Origin: a bacterium
GTDB lineage: Bacteria > UBA8248
DNA length: 64,000 nt
NCBI GenBank assembly: GCA_965199855.1
Contig: OZ241326.1
Span: 2,080,001 to 2,144,000, forward strand
Direction: 5' to 3'
Shown: positions 56,915 through 64,000 of the stretch, one piece after another
How positions within the stretch are numbered: the stretch's first letter is position 1
Layout: each line of letters begins with the position of its first letter
Made by a program: the position numbers and the translations under genes
The notes under the pieces: generated by a model
Seen by the model: the letters and a program-made list of their open reading frames with translations, nothing else
Database searches by the model: none
Told to the model about the DNA's origin: nothing

Positions 56915-57120
56915 CCCGCGGATCCTGCGGCCACCATGAAAATCCCCAGCGCCATCGCGCACATCCAGAAAAGAATCGCGCATACCCACAAAAAGACGAA
57001 AAACGGCCACAGCGCCACGTGGACGTAGAGCCACGGATCCGCCCAGGAGAACGCGACCGAGCCTCCCAGGTGATACAGGAGGCCGATCGCCAGGTAGATC
57101 AGGCTCCCCATCACGCCCAT
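56911..57120 (-). CDS. Small hydrophobic membrane protein (about 69 aa)
   Basis: GGAGG RBS, 2-3 hydrophobic segments, ATGA-coupled to the lipoprotein gene. Confidence 0.6.
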   Translation of the reverse strand: MGVMGSLIYLAIGLLYHLGGSVAFSWADPWLYVHVALWPFFVFLWVCAILFWMCAMALGIFMVAAGSAG

Positions 57121-57143
57121 TCGCAACCTCCGGCGGCGCCCGC

Positions 57144-58556
57144 CTAGGCACCCAGGCGCTTCCTCTCCGCCCGCAACTGCGCCAGAACGCTTCTGCGGGA
57201 GGCGCCGCCCGCACTGCTCCTCGCCCGCAGCGACTCATCGAGATGCGTCGCCGCCAGGTCTTCCGTCCGCAGGCGGGCGTCGGCGCGCCCCAGATCGGCG
57301 GCGTCCAGATCCTTCAGCGCGACCCCCTTCTCGATGGCGGCGCGCACCGCGCGCCCCGCCGCCTCGTGCGCCTGGCGGAAGGGGACGCCCCGCCGCACCA
57401 TGGCGTCGGCCAGGTCCGTCGCCGTCATGTAGCCGCCCTCGGCGGCGCGCGCCATCCTCTCCGGCTGAAAGCGCATGGCCCCGACCATGGGCGCCATGAC
57501 CTCCAGGGAGGCCAGCAGCGCGTCGGCGGCGTCGAAGAGGGGCTCCTTGTCCTCCTGAAGATCCCGGTTATACGAAAGCGGCAACCCCTTCATCAAGGCG
57601 AGCAGGGCGAGGAGGTCGCCGAAGACGCGCCCGCTCTTGCCGCGGACGATCTCGGCCGCGTCGGGGTTCTTCTTCTGCGGCATCAGGGAGCTGCCCGTGG
57701 CGAAGGCGTCCGGCAGCTCGACGAAGCCGAACTCCCCGCTCGCCCAGAGGACGATCTCCTCCCCCAGCCTGCTGAGGTGCATCATGGATATGGCGGCGGC
57801 CGAGGCGAAGTCCAGGGCGAAGTCGCGGTCGCTCACCGCGTCCATGCTGTTCTCGGCCACGGCGGCGAAGCCGAGCTTCCGCGCCGCGCCCCTCCTGTCT
57901 ATCGGGTGGCTCGTTCCCGCGAGCGCGCCCGCGCCCAGGGGCGAGACGTTGACGCGCGCGCGCGCCTGGGCGAAGCGCTCCGCGTCGCGCCGGAGCATCT
58001 GCGAATAGGCGAGCAGATGGTGCGCCAGGGACACCGGCTGGGCGCGCTGGAGGTGGGTGTAGCCGGGCATCACCGCGTCCACGTGCGCCTCCGCCTGCGC
58101 GAGCAGGGCGCGCCTGAGCGCGAGGAGGGCGGCCTGGGTCTCGTCTATCCGATCCCGGAGCCAGAGCCTGAGCGAGGTGGCCACCTGATCGTTGCGGCTG
58201 CGCGCCGTGTGCAGCCGCCCGCCGGCCTCGCCGACGCGCTCGACGAGCGCCGCCTCTACGTTCATGTGCACGTCCTCGAGCTCCGCCCGGAAGCGGAAGC
58301 GGCCCGCCTTCACCTCCCGCAGAATGGCCTTGAGGCCGGAGACGATTTTCCGGGCGTCCCCCTTCGGGATGACGCCCCGCGCCCCCAGCATCTCCGCGTG
58401 GGCGATGGAGCCGAGAACGTCGTGCGCCGCCAGCCTGCGGTCGAAGGAGACGCTCTGGGTGAACGCCTCGGCGCGCGCGTCGGTCTCTCCCTGAAACCTC
58501 CCGCCCCAGGGCTTTCGGGCCTTCGCCCGCCCTCGCCTCGCCTCGCGCTCCGGCAT
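57144..58556 (-). CDS. argH: Argininosuccinate lyase
   Basis: WGGRF, EDVH, HTARSRNDQ, PGYTHLQ.AQP, GSSLMPQKKNPD and YNRDLQEDK. Confidence 0.98.
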   Translation of the reverse strand: MPEREARRGRAKARKPWGGRFQGETDARAEAFTQSVSFDRRLAAHDVLGSIAHAEMLGARGVIPKGDARKIVSGLKAILREVKAGRFRFRAELEDVHMNVEAALVERVGEAGGRLHTARSRNDQVATSLRLWLRDRIDETQAALLALRRALLAQAEAHVDAVMPGYTHLQRAQPVSLAHHLLAYSQMLRRDAERFAQARARVNVSPLGAGALAGTSHPIDRRGAARKLGFAAVAENSMDAVSDRDFALDFASAAAISMMHLSRLGEEIVLWASGEFGFVELPDAFATGSSLMPQKKNPDAAEIVRGKSGRVFGDLLALLALMKGLPLSYNRDLQEDKEPLFDAADALLASLEVMAPMVGAMRFQPERMARAAEGGYMTATDLADAMVRRGVPFRQAHEAAGRAVRAAIEKGVALKDLDAADLGRADARLRTEDLAATHLDESLRARSSAGGASRRSVLAQLRAERKRLGA

Positions 58557-58713
58557 CTCGAACGCTCCTCCCCAGCCTTCCCCGCTCCCGTCCGGGGGAG
58601 CCGAAGGAAACTGCTTACACGATAGCGGGCGCGAAGGGCAACCGGGGAGACGAGGCCCGGCGGGAGGCGAGAGGGCGAAGCCGCCCCCACGCGCCCGCTT
58701 TCGCTCGCGGCCA

Positions 58714-59485
58714 AACGGCGCGGGACGCATATATGCGTGTCCCCTACGAAGCCATGAAACCCGCATCCCCCCGTCGTGAACGAATCGCCTTCGCATTCGG
58801 AGGTCTTCGTAGTACCGCCCCCTCCCCGGGGGCGTCCCGCAGGCCGCGGCCTGTCCCTAACATAAACATAAAATCCTTGATTCCCGCCGCGATGGGAAAA
58901 TCCTCGAATCGATCGCGCATTTGCCCGCATTTGCGCTGCGGCGTCCCGGGCGGCCGCGCCCTATATTCCCCAGGTCGGAGGCGGCGGGAAGCGTTCCGCC
59001 CTCCGGCGCGGCGGTCTCGCGCGAAGCGAAAGAGGCGGATGATGGCGAAGCGGGGGGATTGCGGAATCCGGGGGGTTGTCGTCCGGCAACGGGCGGCGCG
59101 CGCGCCGTCGCCATCATAATGAAAACGCTCCCATTTTCGACAAAAAAAGACAAATTCACGGCCTTTTCAGACACATTCGCAGCTTTTTTCGACCTGTTCC
59201 AGACCCTTTTGAACGCGGAAAAAGAAATGTCAACTTATTGAAAATAAAGGTATTGTATCAAAAAAGGGCGTCCGGAGAGGGTGTTTCACGCAACCGCGGC
59301 ATTTGTCCGCATCCGCGCGCATCCGCGCTTCTCGCCCACCCCGCCGGGAGCGTGGGGACAACCCCCGTGGTTGTCCTTCGTCGGGTTCTCATCCCGCCGA
59401 GACGCAACCATCCCGCAGGGGCGGTTCGGGAACCGCCCGCCCCATATCAACGGGAACGGCGCGGGACGCATATATGCGTCCCCAC
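58714..59485. repeat. Intergenic REP-like palindromes and a 25-nt direct repeat flanking an AT-rich block
   Basis: AACGGCGCGGGACGCATATATGCGT at 58714-58738 and 59455-59479. Other palindromes at 59352-59378 and 59415-59438. Confidence 0.7.
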
Positions 59486-59558
59486 CCTGTGAAATCGAAC
59501 GCCGCCCGCAGGCGAAACGCCCGCGGCGCGCTTGCGGGCGGGCGGCGTCTGCCCTAGG

Positions 59559-60899
59559 ATGCGTCGCGTCAACCCGTTATCTTCCCTTCCACCCGCCTCA
59601 CCCGGAAAGAAGCCCTTGGAGCGCGGCTACCGGCTCTTCTCGCCCAGGCAATGGCTCTTCATCGCCGCCGCCTTCGCGCTCATGGGGCTTTTCTCGGGCC
59701 TCAACTTCCTTTTCGGCATTTTTCTCAATCCCCTGATCGACGAATTCGGCTGGAGCCGCTCGACCGCCTCGGCGGCCTATTCCATCAACATGTGCATGAT
59801 AGCGTTCTGCTCGATGATCGCGGGCGGCCTCTCCGACAGGTTCGGGACGCGGCCCGTGCTGCTCGCGGGCGTCCTCATCGCCGGCGGCTCGCTGCTGCTC
59901 TCCTTCTTCATCTCGAATCTGTGGCAATACTTTCTGCTGGCGGGGGCGATGTCGGGGCTGGGGCGCGCCGCCATCGCCACGCCCGTCCAGGCCTTCATCC
60001 AGCGCGGCCTGACCAGGAACCGGGGGCTCGCCACCGGGCTGGCCGGCTCGGGGGCGGGCCTCGGCATCCTCGCCCTGGCGCCCCTCACGGGCTTTCTCGT
60101 GAGCGCCCACGGGTGGCGGGCCTCCTACCTCTTTCTGGGCGTCCTCTTCCTCGCCGTCGCCGTCCCGGCGGCGCTCGTCCTCAGACCCGCGAAGCGGCGC
60201 GAGGCGGAGGGCGAAGCGCGGCGCCGCCCGGCCGCCCCGGAGGAGCCCGCCCCGATCCTCCCGGAAGCCTCCATGGGGATGCGGGAGATTCTCCGGCGCA
60301 GGCCCTTCTGGATGATTCTCGCAAGCCACGCCACGGACTGCATGTGCCACTCGGTGCTCATCGTGCATCTGGCGCCCATCGCCATCGAGGCGGGCGTATC
60401 CCCCGCGCGGGCGTCGGGCCTCGTCGGCCTTCTGGGGCTGGGAACGCTCATCGGGCGCATCGGCGCGGGCGTCCTGGCGGACCGCATCGGCGCGAAGCGC
60501 GCCCTGCTCGCCGCGCTGCTGACGCAGACCCTGCCGGTGCCCCTGCTCTTCTGGATAGGATCTCCCGCCGCCTTCTACGCCGTCGCCCTCATGGTCGGCT
60601 TCGGCCTCGGGGGACACGGGACGATGTATCCCGTCGTCACGCGCGAATACTACGGCCCCCGGAGGGTGGGCGCCCTGTTCGGCGCCTTCATCACCGGCGC
60701 GAGTTCGGGCATGGCCACGGGGGGATTCATGGGCGGCCTCCTGCACGACCTGACGGGCGACTACAGGCTCTCCATCCTGTTCAGCTTCGCCGCCGGCGTC
60801 GCCTCGCTCCTCTTCGTCCTCTCCTACCCCTCCCGCGAGAGCGCCGCGAAAAAAGACGCCGCGCGCGCCCTCGCCCAGCCCGCGGGGGGAGGCGCCTGA
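59559..60899 (+). CDS. MFS transporter (OFA/MCT-like)
   Basis: About 12 hydrophobic helices, FGWSR, GGLSDRFG.R, GWR and G.LADRIG.K. Start is ATG 59559 or TTG 59616. Confidence 0.92.
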   Translation: MRRVNPLSSLPPASPGKKPLERGYRLFSPRQWLFIAAAFALMGLFSGLNFLFGIFLNPLIDEFGWSRSTASAAYSINMCMIAFCSMIAGGLSDRFGTRPVLLAGVLIAGGSLLLSFFISNLWQYFLLAGAMSGLGRAAIATPVQAFIQRGLTRNRGLATGLAGSGAGLGILALAPLTGFLVSAHGWRASYLFLGVLFLAVAVPAALVLRPAKRREAEGEARRRPAAPEEPAPILPEASMGMREILRRRPFWMILASHATDCMCHSVLIVHLAPIAIEAGVSPARASGLVGLLGLGTLIGRIGAGVLADRIGAKRALLAALLTQTLPVPLLFWIGSPAAFYAVALMVGFGLGGHGTMYPVVTREYYGPRRVGALFGAFITGASSGMATGGFMGGLLHDLTGDYRLSILFSFAAGVASLLFVLSYPSRESAAKKDAARALAQPAGGGA

Positions 60900-60996
60900 A
60901 GGGCCGGCGGGACGCCCGCGCCGCCGCAGGGCGCCGTGGTTCGCCGCAGGGGGCGACTTCTCCTCGGCGGCGCGACGGCGCCGGACGTCCCGAAAC

Positions 60997-61137
60997 GGGC
61001 GCTTCGCGAACCGCCCCTGCGGAATCAAAAAAAAACCATCCCCCGCCGTCATTCCGGCGAAGGCCGGAATCCGGGGTTTTCGGCCCAGGGGAGAGGGACG
61101 GCGGAATCCGCGGCGCGCGCCCCTGTGGTTGTCCTTC
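60997..61137. repeat. Cluster of REP-like and GTCATTCC-type palindromes
   Basis: GGGCGCTTCGCGAACCGCCCCTGC, GTCATTCCGGCGAAGGCCGGAATCC and CCCTGTGGTTGTCCTT. Confidence 0.65.
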
Positions 61138-61282
61138 ACCGCATCCTCGTCCCCGCCGACGCGCGAACGTTCCCGGCGCGCCGGGGGCGGAACCCGCGCG
61201 CGTTGCCATCGCCCTCCCGATTTCGTATGATGCGCGGAATCACCCGGCGTGAATGCGCGAACCGGGAGCGGGGAGAGGCGCG

Positions 61283-61740
61283 ATGACGGAGTTTGAACTG
61301 GCGACGGCGGCTTTCCAGAACGCGACGATTGAATTTCAGAACGCGACCCTCGAGTTTCAGAACGCGGCCCTTGAATTTCAGAAATGGGGGGTCGAGTTTC
61401 AGAAGTGGGGGGTGGCGGCGCAGTGGGTCGTCGGTCTTCTTCAGGTCGCCCTGATCGCCTACGGCCTTCGCCTCATGGAGCGCGGCGGCGCGCGGCGCTC
61501 TCCGAGCGTCAGCACGACGAGACGATGGCCGCCCTCGCCGCGGAGCAGGCGGCCTCGGAAAAGCGACACGAAGAGACGATGGCCGCTCTCGCCGAGGAGC
61601 GGGCGGCTTCCCAGAAGCGGCACGAGGAGGCCATGGACGAATCGGAGAAACGGCACGAGGAAGCCATGCGGAAGCACGACGAGTCGATGACCGCCCTCAC
61701 GGAGCTCATCAGGCGGACGGGGAGCGGGGAGAGTCCCTGA
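61283..61740 (+). pseudogene. Frameshifted repeat-rich membrane coiled-coil protein
   Basis: The frame from ATG 61283 gives EFQN/EFQK heptads and a TM helix. Coherent RHEE(T/A)M repeats continue only in the -1 frame after about 61495. Confidence 0.6.
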
Positions 61741-61817
61741 GCGGGACGCGCCCGCGATTCTCCCGAACCGGCCCCTTTCGACCGGGCGCGAAAACGGAAA
61801 ATATGATATGATGCCGG

Positions 61818-62055
61818 CGCAGACCGCAGACCGCAGACCGCAGACCGCAGACCGCAGACCGCAGACCGCAGACCGCAGACCGCAGACCGCAGACCGCAGA
61901 CCGCAGACCGCAGACCGCAGACCGCAGACCGCAGACCGCAGACCGCAGACCGCAGACCGCAGACCGCAGACCGCAGACCGCAGACCGCAGACCGCAGACC
62001 GCAGACCGCAGACCGCAGACCGCAGACCGCAGACCGCAGACCGCAGACCGCAGAC
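61818..62055 (+). repeat. Perfect heptanucleotide tandem array (CGCAGAC)x34
   Basis: 238 nt of uninterrupted identical 7-mers, with no spacers. Confidence 0.97.
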
Positions 62056-62079
62056 GTAGGGGCGGTTCGGGAACCGCCC
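62056..62079 (+). repeat. GTAG-type REP palindrome
   Basis: GTAG GGGCGGTTC GG GAACCGCCC, directly abutting the heptamer array. Confidence 0.78.
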
Positions 62080-62189
62080 GCGCTCTCTTCGGCGGCGTGG
62101 GCGGCTCGTGAGCCTCCCCCGCGAAACCGCAAGGCCCGCCCCCGCGGCCCGTCATCCATCGGGAACGGCCCGCGAGCGCGTCCGCGTCC

Positions 62190-62219
62190 TTGACGGGCGC
62201 ATTCCGCTATCTATATGCT
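62190..62219 (+). promoter_or_regulatory. Putative sigma70 promoter of the autotransporter-like gene
   Basis: TTGACG-18 nt-TATGCT. Confidence 0.45.
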
Positions 62220-62354
62220 TTTCCGTCCGTTGTCCGCCCTCAGGCGGGCGGCGCGAGCAGCGGCGCCGCCCGGATGGAGAGTCATTCGCGCCCCGCGGAG
62301 CGGAGGCGCCCCGGACAAACCCTTCAGCCCGAACTCACGGGAGAACATGACATT

Positions 62355-64000
62355 ATGCTCACGAATCGCCATCACCGTTTTCCGGCTTCCGCCGCCGCGC
62401 GCGCCCTGGGACTGGCGCTGGCCGCCGCGCTCCTCCTCGGCGCGGGAGAAGCGGCGGCGCAGACCCCGCTGTGTCCCACGGCCGGCCATGAGACGACCGC
62501 CGTCTTTCCCCCCGGAACCAACCTTCAGAACCTGACCCGGGATCAACTGAAGACGATTTATCGCTCCTTCCCGAACCTGGTGATTCCCTCCGCGAGAATC
62601 GAGTGCAGGTACGGGGTGGCGGACAACAAACACCACTCTTTCCTCGTCCGCAGCCCCAAAATCACCGTCGCGGACGACTGGGTGACCGGAATCTACGCCC
62701 TGCACGAGAGCAGGGGGACTCTGGAGGTCTATATTCACGCCGTGGGCCCGACCGGCGAGGCGCAGCACTTCCACCCGATCGACTACGGCAACATGGCCGT
62801 CAGAACGGGGGGCGTGGCGGCCGACTACACGACGGGCGAAGAATCCCACGCCATCCACGTCGAGCACACGGGCGAAGGCGGGGTCGGCCTCGATTTCCGG
62901 AATCTCTCGCTGTTCACGCAGGGCGACTACGCCTATGGCGTTTACGTCAAGCAGCAGGGCTCCTACGTCTTCAGGCACGGGGCGAGCCGGCGCGCCAGGG
63001 GCGAGATCGTGGTCAGGATCATCGAGACCGACCGCGATCGCGAGGGGCGGGCGCGCCCGCTGATAGCGACGCGGGGCGACTGGGCCGACGCCGTCCGCGC
63101 CGAATTCTCCCGCGGCGCGGCGCAGGGCGACGTCACCGTCGCCATCAAGGGCTACACCATCGCGACGGGCGGCATCGTCCCCCAGCAGGAGCATCCCGAG
63201 ACCTACCCCCCCCCCACGGGACAGGCGGCCCGCGCCGTATTCGCCCTGCACCAGGGCTACGGCGACATCCGCGTCTCCGCGACAGACGCCCAAATCCTCA
63301 CGTGGGGCAATCAGGCCTCGGCCATTTTCGGCCATCATGAGGGCAGGACGAGAACGATCATGAACGTGGGGGGCGGCTCCGAGGTCATCCCGGGCGGAGG
63401 CGTCATCTCCCTCACCGTGAGCGGCGGCGAGATCAGGACGATGGGCTTCATCAGCTCCGAGGAAGGAGCCGAGGAGACGCTGCAAGGGATCGGCGTGAAT
63501 TTCCGGGCGACAGGCGGCTCCAACTCCCATGGCGTCTATGGCTGGCACCAGGGAGACGGGCCCATCGACATCAACCTGACGAACGCCTCCGTCTCCACGA
63601 CGGGCGCGGGCGTCTTTGGCCACCACAAGGGCGGCGACGGCGCAATCGACATCAACCTGGCGAACGCCTCCGTCTCCACGACGGAGGAGAACGCCTACGC
63701 CTACGGCGTCCTGGCCTGGCGGGAGCACGGCGGCGAGGGCGATGTCTCCGTCTCCGTCGCGGGCGGCTCGATTTCCACCGCCACGGAGAGCTCCCACGCC
63801 GTCTGGGGCCGGCAGGAAGGCGCGAAGGGCGGCGTCTCCATCACCGCGGCGAACGCCGCCCTCTCCACGGCGGGCAAGGCGGCCCACGGCGTAATCGGCG
63901 TCATCCAGGGCAAAGCCGCCGTGGATGACGGGGAAGGCGGGACGACGCTCGCGCGGAGCGGCGAGGGGGTATTCGCGGGCGAGGGCGACATCGCCGTCTC
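62355..64000 (+). CDS. Large secreted beta-helix protein, probable autotransporter passenger (3' end beyond the window, so absent from the ORF track)
   Basis: ATG after GGGAG. Signal peptide MLTNRHHRFPASAAARALGLALAAALLLGAGEAAA|Q, then repeats like G(D/P/A)(I/V)xI....S(V/I)ST.G..(S/A)H(G/A)V. The frame is open to the window end. Confidence 0.8.
   Translation, partial: MLTNRHHRFPASAAARALGLALAAALLLGAGEAAAQTPLCPTAGHETTAVFPPGTNLQNLTRDQLKTIYRSFPNLVIPSARIECRYGVADNKHHSFLVRSPKITVADDWVTGIYALHESRGTLEVYIHAVGPTGEAQHFHPIDYGNMAVRTGGVAADYTTGEESHAIHVEHTGEGGVGLDFRNLSLFTQGDYAYGVYVKQQGSYVFRHGASRRARGEIVVRIIETDRDREGRARPLIATRGDWADAVRAEFSRGAAQGDVTVAIKGYTIATGGIVPQQEHPETYPPPTGQAARAVFALHQGYGDIRVSATDAQILTWGNQASAIFGHHEGRTRTIMNVGGGSEVIPGGGVISLTVSGGEIRTMGFISSEEGAEETLQGIGVNFRATGGSNSHGVYGWHQGDGPIDINLTNASVSTTGAGVFGHHKGGDGAIDINLANASVSTTEENAYAYGVLAWREHGGEGDVSVSVAGGSISTATESSHAVWGRQEGAKGGVSITAANAALSTAGKAAHGVIGVIQGKAAVDDGEGGTTLARSGEGVFAGEGDIAV

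Noticed and set aside
58852-58890. dif-like site (TTATGTTAGGG on the minus strand) or an IS end
   Set aside because: The XerD arm is only partial, the XerC arm lacks ATAA, and I found no matching inverted partner.
58930-59030. GC-rich hairpin resembling an SRP or other ncRNA
   Set aside because: It lacks the conserved SRP domain IV motif, and such stems are common at this GC content.
61818-62055. CRISPR array
   Set aside because: It is a pure 7-nt tandem repeat with no unique spacers and no cas genes.
61509-62159. Minus-strand ORFs with (SAVCGLR)n
   Set aside because: They are open only because the heptamer has no stop codons. There is no supporting RBS or domain.

Overview
This is a high-GC bacterial chromosomal window, mostly housekeeping and metabolic genes. 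These include ddl, apbC, etfBA, pgk, a cystathionine beta-synthase/gamma-lyase pair, msrP, a DEAD-box helicase, HU, hisC, larEBC, a panC-TPR-TPR-exbB-exbD-tonB unit and an argH-lptM-lysA-dapF...dapB...dapL-folK cluster. Interspersed are accessory genes often seen in marine-invertebrate (e.g. sponge) symbionts: a secreted ankyrin protein, coiled-coil membrane proteins and an autotransporter-like gene; the lifestyle is my inference. I found no rRNA, tRNA, CRISPR array or transposase. The strongest signals are: (1) a deiodinase-like selenoprotein split by an in-frame TGA and followed by a SECIS-like hairpin (28272-28964); (2) a Cfa-like lipid methyltransferase encoded as two genes around a geranylgeranyl-reductase-like gene; (3) a perfect (CGCAGAC)x34 array joined directly to a GTAG-REP palindrome; (4) a 7Fe ferredoxin fused to a transmembrane helix and an unknown domain; (5) a Wss1/SprT-like protease with a C-terminal clamp-binding-like motif; (6) a ThiS/MoaD-like carrier next to larEBC with no larA; and (7) an AT-rich, CRISPR-leader-like block with no array. 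All calls come from reading motifs by eye, with no database searches. Start codons were adjusted by hand and are approximate.
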